A stretch of 28,217 nucleotides of DNA from a virus (lineage: Duplodnaviria > Caudoviricetes), in IMG/VR virus record IMGVR_UViG_3300020042_006344, positions 1 to 28,217 of that record; one strand, given 5' to 3'. Below the pieces are notes generated by a model. That model saw nothing but the letters and a program-made list of their open reading frames with translations. It was not told the DNA's origin and did no database searches. A program made the position numbers and the translations under genes. This document shows, piece after piece, positions 15,546 to 24,760 of this stretch. Within the stretch, counting starts at the first letter, position 1. Every line of letters starts with the position of its first letter.

Positions 15546-15937
15546 TAAACGACTGATGCTGGGTCGTCGTTGATCTCTTCGGCGTCCCATGCCAGAGTTT
15601 CTTCGTTCCAGCTCCAAGAGAACTTTCCAGGCTCGTGATCTGGAATCGGCGTCGGCGCTTGCCAGTCGTAATTCGAGTCTAGCGACCAAGACGGGAAAGG
15701 CTGTGGCGCAACGAACAGATCTGCGATCTTGTTGTAGGTGTAGCCAGCGCTCGCGTACTGCTTTCGCATCTTGTTGTTGTAAGAAGTCTGTATCCAGCGG
15801 CCGCCGTAGTGCGCGACACAGAAGTCGATGCCTCTTTGCTCTGATTCGCTTTCTTCTCCGTCAAGCAGCTCGTTGTTGTGCACGACGATCACTCGAGTGA
15901 CCATGTCGTTCTCGTCTAGTTCTGCGAAGTGTGCCAT
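15545..15937 (-). CDS. tail-fibre-associated protein
   Basis: MAHFAELD...WIQTSYN...RKQYA...PFPSW, a family typically found after Gly-rich tail proteins; TAATG overlap. Confidence 0.7.
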   Translation of the reverse strand: MAHFAELDENDMVTRVIVVHNNELLDGEESESEQRGIDFCVAHYGGRWIQTSYNNKMRKQYASAGYTYNKIADLFVAPQPFPSWSLDSNYDWQAPTPIPDHEPGKFSWSWNEETLAWDAEEINDDPASVV

Positions 15938-16830
15938 TAGAAAGTGATGCTCCCGCTTCCTGTCCACTGGTAAATGCGATAGCCGCCCGATGTCGTGATC
16001 GTTGGCGAGCCTGTTGTTGATGTTGCGAGTGCGAAAGTATCAGCGTAGCGAATGCAGACGAAGCCCGAGGCGCCGTTTCCGCCTGTGCCTGCTGTGCCGC
16101 CGTTGTTTCCACCTGCGCCGCCGCCGCCCGAACCAGTGTTCGCCGTAGCGTTGCCGCCAGTTCTTGTCGGGGTGCCATCGTCACTGCCGCCATCGCCGCC
16201 GCCTGCCGTTCCAGTTCCAATACGAGAAGCGACGTCAGCGCCGCCGCCGCCGCCGCCTGCTCTTGTTACTGATGAGCCAGTGATCGATGACGCTGTTCCA
16301 GCGCCACCTGGCATCGAGCCACCCGTCTGTGAGCTGCCTGCGCCGCTTGAACCGCCGCCGCTACCGACACCACCGAACATCGCACTGCCGCCGCCGCCGT
16401 TAAACCCCTGCCCCGATGTCCCGAGTCCTCCGTTAATACTCCCGAAGTTCGCTGAGCCGCCGCCAGAGCCGCCGTTGTTGCCTGTTGCTGTGCTAGAGCC
16501 GCCGCCGCCGCCGCCGCCGCCTGTTGAACTGATAGAACTAAATGCTGAAGCACCGCCGTTGCTGCCTCTTGTATCGGGTCCAGCACCGCCGCCGCCGCCG
16601 CCGACTGTGACTGTCGTTGATACTCCAGCAGTTACGGCAAAGCCCGACGCAGTCAGGTAACCACCCGCGCCGCCGCCAGCACCGCTCGCAGTGCCGTTTG
16701 AATTGCCGCCGCCGCCGCCGCCTGCGCCTGCGATGACTAAATATTCAACCGTTGCGGGGCCGAGGTAAGGCGCTGCTCCTGCCCTGTATCCGCGCGCTGA
16801 TGCGCTTGCTAGTGCTCCGAGTATTGGCAC
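15937..16830 (-). CDS. glycine-rich tail/receptor-binding protein
   Basis: VEYLVIAGAGGGG, ANTGSGGGG, G-x-SG-x-V-x-IRY and YRIYQWTGSGSITF. Confidence 0.8.
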   Translation of the reverse strand: MPILGALASASARGYRAGAAPYLGPATVEYLVIAGAGGGGGGNSNGTASGAGGGAGGYLTASGFAVTAGVSTTVTVGGGGGGAGPDTRGSNGGASAFSSISSTGGGGGGGGSSTATGNNGGSGGGSANFGSINGGLGTSGQGFNGGGGSAMFGGVGSGGGSSGAGSSQTGGSMPGGAGTASSITGSSVTRAGGGGGGADVASRIGTGTAGGGDGGSDDGTPTRTGGNATANTGSGGGGAGGNNGGTAGTGGNGASGFVCIRYADTFALATSTTGSPTITTSGGYRIYQWTGSGSITF

Positions 16831-16839
16831 GATCTCCCC

Positions 16840-17880
16840 CTATGCGAACTTCGTTTGTGATTCGAGCACGACGTAGGTCGGTGTTGCCGCTGTCTTGATG
16901 ATCGTGAAAGTGTAGGCGTCGATCGCGCTGGCGTTGCCTGCGGCGATCGCAGCTGGGACTTTTGGTGTGACGGTAGTGCCGTCGATCTGGATGACGTTCG
17001 GGTAGTACGCAGTCGCGCCGTTTGTGTTAAGCCAGACTAAAGTGATCGCGTCGCCCACTGCAAGCTTGCTGCTGAGCGATGTGCCAGAGGCGTAGCGGAA
17101 GTTGAGAGTGTGGTTCGCAGTTGCGTTTGTCGTGTAGTACCAGACCGAGGCTGTTGACACGTCGAAGTTGATCGTTCCAGTCGCGGCTGCTGCCACTACG
17201 TTCACATCTTCCTCGAGGCCCTTGATCACGCCGTCGGTGAAAACCGCCTCGTTGATCGCTGGGGCTGTAAGAGTCTTGTTGGTCAGTGTGTCAGTAGTCG
17301 CACGGCCGACGAGTGTGTCGGTGCCTGTTGGCACGGTGACGGTGCCAGAGTTCGAGATCGAAGCGATCACTGGCGTGGTTAAAGTCTTGTTGGTCAGGGT
17401 CTGAGTGCCAGTCAAGGTCGCAACGGTCGAATCGATCGAGAGCGTGACCGTGCCCGAAGTGCCGCCACCCGAAAGGCCTGTGCCTGCTGTGACGCCTTCG
17501 ATGTCGCCCGAAGCTGGTGTCGCGAACTGGAAAAAGATCGCAGCGCTGGTGCTGGTGAAGTAAAGGACTCCACCTTGATATTGCGCGAGGACGAGCGAGC
17601 CCGATGTGTTGACCGTGGCCGTTCCAGCTGTTACCGTGCAGACTCCTGCACCGAGATTCTGAATCGTGACGATGTCGCCTGCAGCGAATAGAGCGGTGTT
17701 GACGGTGATCGTGGTCGAGCCAGCGTTTGACATCGCGACGGTCGTGCCAGCGTCTGCAGCCACCAGCGTGTAACTGGCCACTTTAGCGGTGGCACTGCCA
17801 CCAAGCATCGCGGTCTGTTGAAGCGATGTCATCTGCGCAGCACTGAGCACCTGCCCAGTCGTGAAGGTCTGCTTTGCCAT
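16840..17880 (-). CDS. tail fibre protein
   Basis: FTTGQVL N-terminus, GDIEGVTAGTGLSGGG and repeated TLTNKTLT; Thr/Ala-rich. Confidence 0.8.
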   Translation of the reverse strand: MAKQTFTTGQVLSAAQMTSLQQTAMLGGSATAKVASYTLVAADAGTTVAMSNAGSTTITVNTALFAAGDIVTIQNLGAGVCTVTAGTATVNTSGSLVLAQYQGGVLYFTSTSAAIFFQFATPASGDIEGVTAGTGLSGGGTSGTVTLSIDSTVATLTGTQTLTNKTLTTPVIASISNSGTVTVPTGTDTLVGRATTDTLTNKTLTAPAINEAVFTDGVIKGLEEDVNVVAAAATGTINFDVSTASVWYYTTNATANHTLNFRYASGTSLSSKLAVGDAITLVWLNTNGATAYYPNVIQIDGTTVTPKVPAAIAAGNASAIDAYTFTIIKTAATPTYVVLESQTKFA

Positions 17881-17892
17881 TTCGTCTCCTTG

Positions 17893-19143
17893 TTAGTAGG
17901 TAAGCGCGTCGGTGTCTAGAAGGCCCTGCGTGGCAGAGTCTAAGATGAAGGCCTGAATGATCGGCTCTGCGGTCAGCAGCGTAGCGCCGAAAGTCGAGCG
18001 CGTGATGTCGTATTGCACGCCCTGAACGAACAGCTCGCGAGTGACGGTGGTCGAGCCTGGCATCGCTTTGGTGACGTTGATCAGATCGAACAGTTCGACC
18101 TCGAGAGCGGCCAGAATGCGAGCGGTCTCAGCCTCGTCCACTAGGTTCAGACTCAGCGAGTCAATGCGCAGGGTCGTCTCTTTGCGAGCCAACAAGATAC
18201 TGCGAGCCATGTTCAGCGCTTCGTCGTCTGTCTGGACCAGAATATCGCTGCGGATGCCCGAATGTTGGAAGTAGGTGTCGATCGAAGGCTGATCAAAGAC
18301 GTTCTGTGCGGTGCCGCCAGATCTTTGAACCGTGACGTCGTTGACTAGCAGCGTGTCGTCGAAAGCGAAGTCGATGCCCTGGAAGGCGATGCCGACGCCT
18401 GTATCGCTGTAGATCGTTGCCGTGCCGTCTGCTTTTTGAGCGATCGAGTGGCGATCAAGAAAGACCGCATCTCCCTCGGCGTCCACAAAGAAGGCGCCGA
18501 ACTCTGACAGCTCGACGGTTTGCAGTGCGTCCAGCGAGGTCCTGCTAGTGCCAGGGTCGGCCTGTAGAGTCGAGATACCAGCATCGACTAATCGAGCCGA
18601 GCCTGGGAAAGCGACCAAGTCTAAGATGTCGGTGACGCGGTCGCCCGAGAGCTGACCTGCCGTCGCTCCAGGCACCGTCGTGATGTTGGCGCCTTGTAGA
18701 AGTCTGAAAGCATCGACACAAGACAGCGTCACCTTATCGACTCCGTCAACGCCACGCACGAAGCTGGTGTCGTAGCTGGTGATAAAACCGCTGAAAAGGA
18801 AATAGCGCACGCTGTTGTAGTCTGCGAATATGCGAATCTTGCGGAGCGGTACCAGCTTGCCGAAGTAGGGCCCTGCAGTGTTGCTCGGGTTGAAATCGCC
18901 GTTGTCGTCTCTGATCTCGACGATGGCGGTGCCAGCCTCGAACTTGTTGAGAATGCGGTTGCGACCTCGGCGAATCGAAGCGCGAAGCACCTCGTTAGTC
19001 ACGATGATCTCGTCGTCACCGTCTGCCAGTTCGCCCGTGCCGAGTTTGCCTTTGATCGGGTCGTCGAGTGTGAAGGCGATAACGACGAAAGAAGGACCGT
19101 TGGTGAAGTCGATCGAGACGCCAAGCTGTGGCAAGCCAGGCAC
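17893..19143 (-). CDS. minor tail protein
   Basis: Directly downstream of the tape measure gene; IRRGR, FSGFI motifs. Confidence 0.75.
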   Translation of the reverse strand: MPGLPQLGVSIDFTNGPSFVVIAFTLDDPIKGKLGTGELADGDDEIIVTNEVLRASIRRGRNRILNKFEAGTAIVEIRDDNGDFNPSNTAGPYFGKLVPLRKIRIFADYNSVRYFLFSGFITSYDTSFVRGVDGVDKVTLSCVDAFRLLQGANITTVPGATAGQLSGDRVTDILDLVAFPGSARLVDAGISTLQADPGTSRTSLDALQTVELSEFGAFFVDAEGDAVFLDRHSIAQKADGTATIYSDTGVGIAFQGIDFAFDDTLLVNDVTVQRSGGTAQNVFDQPSIDTYFQHSGIRSDILVQTDDEALNMARSILLARKETTLRIDSLSLNLVDEAETARILAALEVELFDLINVTKAMPGSTTVTRELFVQGVQYDITRSTFGATLLTAEPIIQAFILDSATQGLLDTDALTY

Positions 19144-21680
19144 TAGATCGAGACCGAGCTCTTAGTGATCGCCAGGCCGCTGTTCTGGCCCTGTAGAATC
19201 GCGTTTCTGATCTGCGCGACTAGGTCGCCCTCTGAGATCACAGAGCCTTGAATGTTGATAGTGATGCCGCCGCCGAAGCCGCTGCCCGATAGGGGCACGA
19301 CTGCTTCTGGTCCAGCTTCGCCGATCATCGCGATCGTCGGACTGGTGACAATGCCGCCCTTGCCGAGTTTCGGTATGCCGCCGTTGCCCGAGGTCATGCC
19401 GCTCATGCCGTAGCGACCTCTTATGTAGGTGTCGCCGCTGGCAGCGTCGGCGAACTGCGCGATGATCTTGGCGGCTGCCGCTTCCTCTGCCGCTTTTTTG
19501 TCTGCTGCGGCCTGCAAGCCGTTCAGATACTCGGCATAGGCTAGCTCTGTTGGTGTCGCTGGCGGGTTAAACTTTCGGTAAGTGTCGCTGGCGATCGCGT
19601 TTTTGTATGCCGTCGCCGCTGCGAGAGCCGCGTTCCAGCCTTTGGCTGCGATGTCGCCTGGGCCAAGCAAAGAAGTGTCCACGGTGATCGGCGTCGCTAT
19701 GAGTTTAGCGTAGGCCTCGGCGTTGCCGTAGGCAAGAAGCCAGGCGTCTTTGAGGTCCATTGGGCCGTCGAGGTTCGATGTGTTGAACCCGAAGTCCGAG
19801 GCGATCTTTTTGATGTAGTCAAGCGCAGCGTCATATGAAAGCCCCCACTTGGTGGCGAGCCCTTCGATCTCGGCTGTGGTCAGCTTGCCATCGTCTGCAG
19901 CGGCAAAAACAGCCGAGTAGTCGGTGACGGCTTTGCCAGTGAAGCCCCAAGTCGTCTGCAGGTTGGCGATCTCTTTCGACGAGAGCTTGCCGTCGTTGAG
20001 TGCGGCAAAGAAGTCGAGATAAAGGCTTGCCTGTTTTTGTGTGACGCCCCACTCAGTAGCCAGCTTCGCGATCTCTTCTGCGCTGATCACTTGGTCGTTG
20101 ATAGCGACGATCGTGGCGATGTAGAGGCGAGCGGCAGCTTCTGACATGCTCCACTTGGCAGCCAAGACCGCGACCTCGTCGCTGGTGATCTTAGAGTCTG
20201 CCAGTGCTTGCAAGATGTCTGCGTACTTCTGTGCTGCCCCGACGTTGGCCAGCATCTGGTTGTAAGACTCTACCAGTTTCCTGTAGCCCTCGTCTTGTGC
20301 AAGGTTGCCCTGCTTGACTAGGTTGATGCGAGCCGCTTCGAGTTGAAGAGGGTCGGTCTCAGTCGTCGGCTTGACACCGAGCTTCTTAAGCGCGGCCAGA
20401 GTCGTTTGCGTCTGAACCAGCTTGAGCTGTTCTGCAGTCAGTTTGCCAGTGGCTGTCGCGCCATTCTTTAGGTCGATCTTCATGCCTTTGAGCGATGCTA
20501 AAAAGTCTGTGGTCGTCTTGTCTAAGCCGTCGAATGAGAACTCCAGACCGTCGGCAGCCTCGGCCGCTTTGTCCATGACTTTGTTCGCTTTGTTCACAGC
20601 GTAGTACAGGCCGCCAACCGTAACAGCGAACGCGGCAATACCAGCGGCGGCTGCTGTCAATGAAAGACCGCCTGTGGCTGCTGCTTGTGCTCCTGTTGCT
20701 GCTATCGCTGCAGCTCTGATCGCTTGATACGCTTTGACCAGCGCTTGAATCGCTGTCACGAACGCGATCACCTTGCTTGCTACGAATGTCGCGGTGAAGA
20801 TGATACCGAGCGCGACAAAGAGGTCCTTGTTTCTGGCAACAAAGTCGAAAGTCTTGTACAGAACCATCGCGAAGCCGAAGATCGCCTTGATCGCTGTCTG
20901 GAAAGCCGCGACTAGCTTGTCGCCGTTCTCTTCGATGAACTTCTGAACTGCTGGTATGACCTTCTGGGTCAGCAGCTGGAAAAAGGACTCGATCGTCGGC
21001 ATCAATGCGATACCGAGTGACTCTTTTGCTTCGTCGAATGCGATGCCGACTCGCTTCATTCGATACTCGAATGTCTCGGCTCTGGTCGAGGCTGCACCAC
21101 TGAAAGTCTTGGCTGCGGCCTTTAATGCCGCGTCTACGTCCTTGGTCTTGATGGTGGTGGCGTCGATCTGTACGCCCAGGCCACGAAGGGCTTTGAAGTT
21201 GCCCTGTGTTGCTTTGATGACTGCGTTGGTAGCGGCGGCCATGTCAACAGAGGCGCCAGCCGAAATGTCCATCGCGATGCCGAGCAGACCTTGGGCGTGG
21301 CCGACGTTGCCTGTGATGCCTGCGAGTTTCGCGAAGGCTGGACGAAGCTCGTCGTCTGTGATGCCGAGTGCGCGCTGTGCCGAGTCGATGTACTTCTCTA
21401 CTGAAGCGATGACCTCGTTATTGGCGCCCGTTGTGTTGCGTAAAGAGTTAGCCAGCAGCGCCTGAGACTTCTCGTCTGAGATCGCGGCTTTGACTGAGTC
21501 CACACCGATCTTGACTGCGAAGGCAGCACCAGCAGCGGCAGCGAGGCCGAATGCTTTGGCTGACTTCTTGGCCATGCGGTCAAAGCCCTTGGATAGGCTG
21601 AGCAGATCTTTCTTGGCGGCTTTAGTGCCTGCGCCGTTGTACTGCGAGAGGATTCGTGCGACTATCGCGCCAGTGGCCAT
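19143..21680 (-). CDS. tail tape measure protein
   Basis: 845 aa, Ala-rich and helical, with DDELRPA and C-terminal GGIVT-x-PT-x3-IGEAGPEAVVPL. Confidence 0.88.
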   Translation of the reverse strand: MATGAIVARILSQYNGAGTKAAKKDLLSLSKGFDRMAKKSAKAFGLAAAAGAAFAVKIGVDSVKAAISDEKSQALLANSLRNTTGANNEVIASVEKYIDSAQRALGITDDELRPAFAKLAGITGNVGHAQGLLGIAMDISAGASVDMAAATNAVIKATQGNFKALRGLGVQIDATTIKTKDVDAALKAAAKTFSGAASTRAETFEYRMKRVGIAFDEAKESLGIALMPTIESFFQLLTQKVIPAVQKFIEENGDKLVAAFQTAIKAIFGFAMVLYKTFDFVARNKDLFVALGIIFTATFVASKVIAFVTAIQALVKAYQAIRAAAIAATGAQAAATGGLSLTAAAAGIAAFAVTVGGLYYAVNKANKVMDKAAEAADGLEFSFDGLDKTTTDFLASLKGMKIDLKNGATATGKLTAEQLKLVQTQTTLAALKKLGVKPTTETDPLQLEAARINLVKQGNLAQDEGYRKLVESYNQMLANVGAAQKYADILQALADSKITSDEVAVLAAKWSMSEAAARLYIATIVAINDQVISAEEIAKLATEWGVTQKQASLYLDFFAALNDGKLSSKEIANLQTTWGFTGKAVTDYSAVFAAADDGKLTTAEIEGLATKWGLSYDAALDYIKKIASDFGFNTSNLDGPMDLKDAWLLAYGNAEAYAKLIATPITVDTSLLGPGDIAAKGWNAALAAATAYKNAIASDTYRKFNPPATPTELAYAEYLNGLQAAADKKAAEEAAAAKIIAQFADAASGDTYIRGRYGMSGMTSGNGGIPKLGKGGIVTSPTIAMIGEAGPEAVVPLSGSGFGGGITINIQGSVISEGDLVAQIRNAILQGQNSGLAITKSSVSI

Positions 21681-21683
21681 CGT

Positions 21684-22223
21684 CTATCCCTTTCGCTTGT
21701 TGAGGTTCGTCTGTAGCTCGCGCTTTGCGTCTTCAAGCGCTGCAGCGATTCGAATGCGAATCTCGGGCCCGATCTTGTCCACTGCGCGCCAGATAGCACG
21801 AGAGGCCAAGATGCCGCCGTTGAGGTTGTAGGTGAACTGGTTCACGCTTCCAGATCTGCGACCTGCAATTTCAAAGATCGCACCAGAGGCGTCCTCTTGA
21901 ATGAGTGCGCCTGCGCTGACCGTGTAGTCATCTCGCACCTTGCCAGTCCTGCGCGTCTTTTTGATGCCGTCTCTGGCCTTCTGGCTATCCCACGCTGGCC
22001 AGCCTGCGCCACCACGAACCGTCTTAGTCGGGTTCTTGGCAGGCACAGTGCGCCAGCCGCGCATCGGTGGGTCTTTGGGTATGAAGCCCTTTGCAAGGCT
22101 CTCTGCCCTAAGCAGTTCCGAGGTGATGACGCGGTTGAAGCTGCGAACCGCGTCCTTGTCGAACTCTTTCAGAGCGTCCAGCGTTTCCTTCATACCTGTC
22201 AAGATGATAGGCTGATCAGCCAC
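21684..22223 (-). CDS. tail completion / HK97 gp10-like protein
   Basis: I-x-LTG-x-KETL-x-ALK N-terminus; basic; position in the tail module. Confidence 0.55.
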   Translation of the reverse strand: MADQPIILTGMKETLDALKEFDKDAVRSFNRVITSELLRAESLAKGFIPKDPPMRGWRTVPAKNPTKTVRGGAGWPAWDSQKARDGIKKTRRTGKVRDDYTVSAGALIQEDASGAIFEIAGRRSGSVNQFTYNLNGGILASRAIWRAVDKIGPEIRIRIAAALEDAKRELQTNLNKRKG

Positions 22224-22368
22224 GCTGCTTACTCCTTTGCTTCATGTAGATGCCGATGGCTTCAAGAATGCCATCTGGTGCGTCTAGCAGATCGACTGGT
22301 GATATCCCTGTTTCCACAGAGATAGCCGCTACGGTGTAGGTCAGGCTATCTCTGTGGATTCGAAAGAA
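22216..22368 (-). CDS. tail assembly chaperone, -1 frameshift extension (gpT-like)
   Basis: The -1 frame is open (FRIHRDSLTYTVAAISVETGISPVDLLDAP...YMKQRSKQRG) with no obvious start of its own and fills the gap to the next gene. Confidence 0.6.
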   Translation of the reverse strand, partial: FFRIHRDSLTYTVAAISVETGISPVDLLDAPDGILEAIGIYMKQRSKQRG

Positions 22369-22619
22369 GCGTCGCTTACTAGCTCCACCGCCTCGAGGGT
22401 ATCTAAGAACTCTGGACCAAAGAGCTTCACTACGAGTCCGTTGTTGCGCATTGACTCCCAGGCTAGCCAGTAGATGTGCTCTAGTTTCTGGTCCTCACTG
22501 AACAGCTTCGCTAGCCCTTTGCCGAACTTCTGTTCGAAGGCGACGATGGTGCGAGGTCGGAGCTGAAAGAGATGCTCTGCCCCGTCTGTGGTCTTGATCT
22601 TGATGCCGAGTCCGTCCAT
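22341..22619 (-). CDS. tail assembly chaperone (gpG-like)
   Basis: Follows the tail tube genes; AFEQKFGKG...IYWLAW. Confidence 0.75.
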   Translation of the reverse strand: MDGLGIKIKTTDGAEHLFQLRPRTIVAFEQKFGKGLAKLFSEDQKLEHIYWLAWESMRNNGLVVKLFGPEFLDTLEAVELVSDASFESTEIA

Positions 22620-22645
22620 GTTTTTCCCCCTTTGGGATTAGTTGA

Positions 22646-23059
22646 TTACGGTGTTACTGACTTGGTGATAGCGCCCGATATCGGCCAAGTGACCGATGCA
22701 GTGGCTAACTCGCCGACAGACCCATTGAGCGGGGTCCACTCGGTGACAAGCGCGGAGCCCGTGTACTTCGGGTTCGTTGCTCCGACGGTTGTGTTGACAG
22801 GGCGCACCTCGAAAGCGACTGCTGTACCCAGAAGCGGGTAGATGATCGATTCGATGCTCGAAGCCGCGTAGTCTTGGTGGAGCTCTAGCGTTATCGAGTT
22901 GTCCACAAGGCCAGCAACCCTCTTCTTGGCGCTGTCGCCAAAGCTCGTGGTCTCGACGACATCGAAGCTGCTGGAAAGAGTGATCGAAGCGACGTGATCT
23001 GAGATATCGCTTGAAACACCGAGAAGGATATACGCGTTGTTAAGGACGAGGCGTGCCAC
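22646..23059 (-). CDS. major tail (tube) protein, paralogue 2
   Basis: ISDHVASITL...VETTSFG...VAGL...LHQD...GSVGELATASVTWP. Confidence 0.8.
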   Translation of the reverse strand: MARLVLNNAYILLGVSSDISDHVASITLSSSFDVVETTSFGDSAKKRVAGLVDNSITLELHQDYAASSIESIIYPLLGTAVAFEVRPVNTTVGATNPKYTGSALVTEWTPLNGSVGELATASVTWPISGAITKSVTP

Positions 23060-23481
23060 TACGCGACCGCCTTAGTGATCGCACCAGTGATCGGCCATGT
23101 AACCGACGCTGTGGCTAACTCGCCGACAGACCCATTGATCGGGGTCCACTCGGAGCAGAGCGCTGTAAAGGTGTATGATGGGTTTGTAGCACTGACAGCG
23201 CTTGAAGTCGGCAATACCACGATCGTCGTGGTCGTGCCGATCAAAGAAGAGCCGATCGTGTTGAGGGTCGCTTCGACGTTTGACGCTGCGAAGTCTTGAT
23301 GGAACTCGAGTGTAACTGAGTTGTCCACAAGGCCCGCGACGCGAGTCTTGGCTGCTGCTGAGCCAAATGCAGTCGTCTCGACTACATCAAAGCTCGTGCT
23401 GATGGTGACTGACGCGATGTGATCGCTCAGGTTCACCGAGTTGATCGTGACCTTGGCGTCGTTTAGAACTATACGGGCCAT
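23059..23481 (-). CDS. major tail (tube) protein, paralogue 1
   Basis: Same motifs as paralogue 2 along its whole length. Confidence 0.8.
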   Translation of the reverse strand: MARIVLNDAKVTINSVNLSDHIASVTISTSFDVVETTAFGSAAAKTRVAGLVDNSVTLEFHQDFAASNVEATLNTIGSSLIGTTTTIVVLPTSSAVSATNPSYTFTALCSEWTPINGSVGELATASVTWPITGAITKAVA

Positions 23482-23660
23482 TAGATATCTCCTTCTTTGG
23501 TTGCTGGTTTAAACGGCGCTGGTGCAGTGCTGTCTTTGATGTGACCTGCTGCTACGAGGGCGTCGATGTCGGCGCCTGCAGCTTCCAGGTCTTTTGCGGT
23601 GAGGTTGTCACCTTTGATCTTGCCACAGACCTCTAGGTCCGAGGTAACGGTGTAGCTCAT
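23481..23660 (-). CDS. small virion-module protein
   Basis: MSYTVTSDLEVCGK...IDALVAAGHIK; AAGGAG RBS and TAATG overlap. Confidence 0.7.
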   Translation of the reverse strand: MSYTVTSDLEVCGKIKGDNLTAKDLEAAGADIDALVAAGHIKDSTAPAPFKPATKEGDI

Positions 23661-23671
23661 CTTGTCTCCTT

Positions 23672-24070
23672 TTATCCGTAGATGGTCAAGCGGTAGCGAT
23701 ATGCGAGGAACAGGGTCCCCGCAGACTCATATTCGCCAGGCGATGCTGAAATGACTCGCAAGGTCTGAACTGCGCCCCCAAGAGTGCGGTCTCCTTCAAT
23801 GGCTGTCTTGATCGAGCCTGCGCCCGTGCCAGCTAGGAATGCGTCGAGCTTGTTCTGCCCAGCGCGCTCCGACATTCGCTGCACGATGACCAAGATGTCC
23901 AGGTTCGCCTGATCTAGGCCGCGAGCGTTGTCGATGTCGAAGGTTAGGTCGAGGTTGCCGATCACCGCGCAGGGCGGTGTCACAGCATCTGGAAGAGTGT
24001 CGTAGCAGCGAAGTCCTGCGATGGTTTGAAGTCTGGTAACGAGCCCGTCACGCACCGCGCTAGGCAGCAT
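23672..24070 (-). CDS. tail terminator / head-tail completion protein
   Basis: Position and size; VRDGL...IAGLR...PP...IEGDRTLGG. Confidence 0.65.
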   Translation of the reverse strand: MLPSAVRDGLVTRLQTIAGLRCYDTLPDAVTPPCAVIGNLDLTFDIDNARGLDQANLDILVIVQRMSERAGQNKLDAFLAGTGAGSIKTAIEGDRTLGGAVQTLRVISASPGEYESAGTLFLAYRYRLTIYG

Positions 24071-24678
24071 CAGATCGCCACGCCATCTAGCTTGCGGAAT
24101 GGGCGCAGTAGCGCTTCAACGTCTGCGTCGAGTCTGGCAGAAAGGCGAACAGTGCCAAGATCTGGAGAACCTGCGATGCCGAAAGGCGACTGCCGACGAC
24201 TAAAGATTCGAGAGGCTTGCATCTGAGTGGCGGCTTGCACCTCGTAAGGCACCGCGCTCCAGCCCCAGACGCCCTTGACTCGGACTGACTGTGGTAAGTT
24301 GCTTGGAAAGATGTAGGCGCCGATCGCAAGAAGTCTGCTGAACGGCCAGCCTCTGCGCGGGTTGTTGATCGGCTCTTTAAAAAAGTCGCTGGCCGAAAAG
24401 ACCGTGCCGTAGGTCTGGCCTAGGTCCTCGTCGATCGCGACCTCGGTGACTGTGACAATGTCGTCGATCGCCAGCAAGAACGGGTCGATCGGTGTGAAAT
24501 AACGAGAGACTGGCACCTGCGAGGTGCCGTCCTGATAAAAAAAGCGGCCTGTGTAGTCGTCGATCATTCGACTAGCTGCGTGAATCGCGGCTTCGAGTGG
24601 AACGTCGTCGATCGAGTCAGTGATGGCAAGCGCCGCCTTGACTTCGGCTAGCGTGCAGTAGGCGTTTGTCAGTGCCAT
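24070..24678 (-). CDS. head-to-tail adaptor (gp6/gp15-like)
   Basis: YCTLAEVK...AASRMID-x-YTGR-x-F...WGW-x2-VP...DADV-x2-LL-x-PF. Confidence 0.8.
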   Translation of the reverse strand: MALTNAYCTLAEVKAALAITDSIDDVPLEAAIHAASRMIDDYTGRFFYQDGTSQVPVSRYFTPIDPFLLAIDDIVTVTEVAIDEDLGQTYGTVFSASDFFKEPINNPRRGWPFSRLLAIGAYIFPSNLPQSVRVKGVWGWSAVPYEVQAATQMQASRIFSRRQSPFGIAGSPDLGTVRLSARLDADVEALLRPFRKLDGVAI

Positions 24679-24703
24679 ATTCGACCCTTCTGTTTGTTAG
24701 TGG

Positions 24704-24741
24704 GGCCAGCAGCTGAGTCGGGGGAAACCCAGCTGCTGGCC
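24704..24741. terminator. 12-bp hairpin downstream of the capsid gene
   Basis: GGCCAGCAGCTG...CAGCTGCTGGCC; no U-tract on the - strand. Confidence 0.55.
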
Positions 24742-24760
24742 TTTGAACTAGATCATTCGA

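Noticed and set aside
16052-16660. Proline-rich ORF and (GCC)n microsatellites
   Set aside because: Antisense shadow of the GGC codons in the Gly-rich tail gene.
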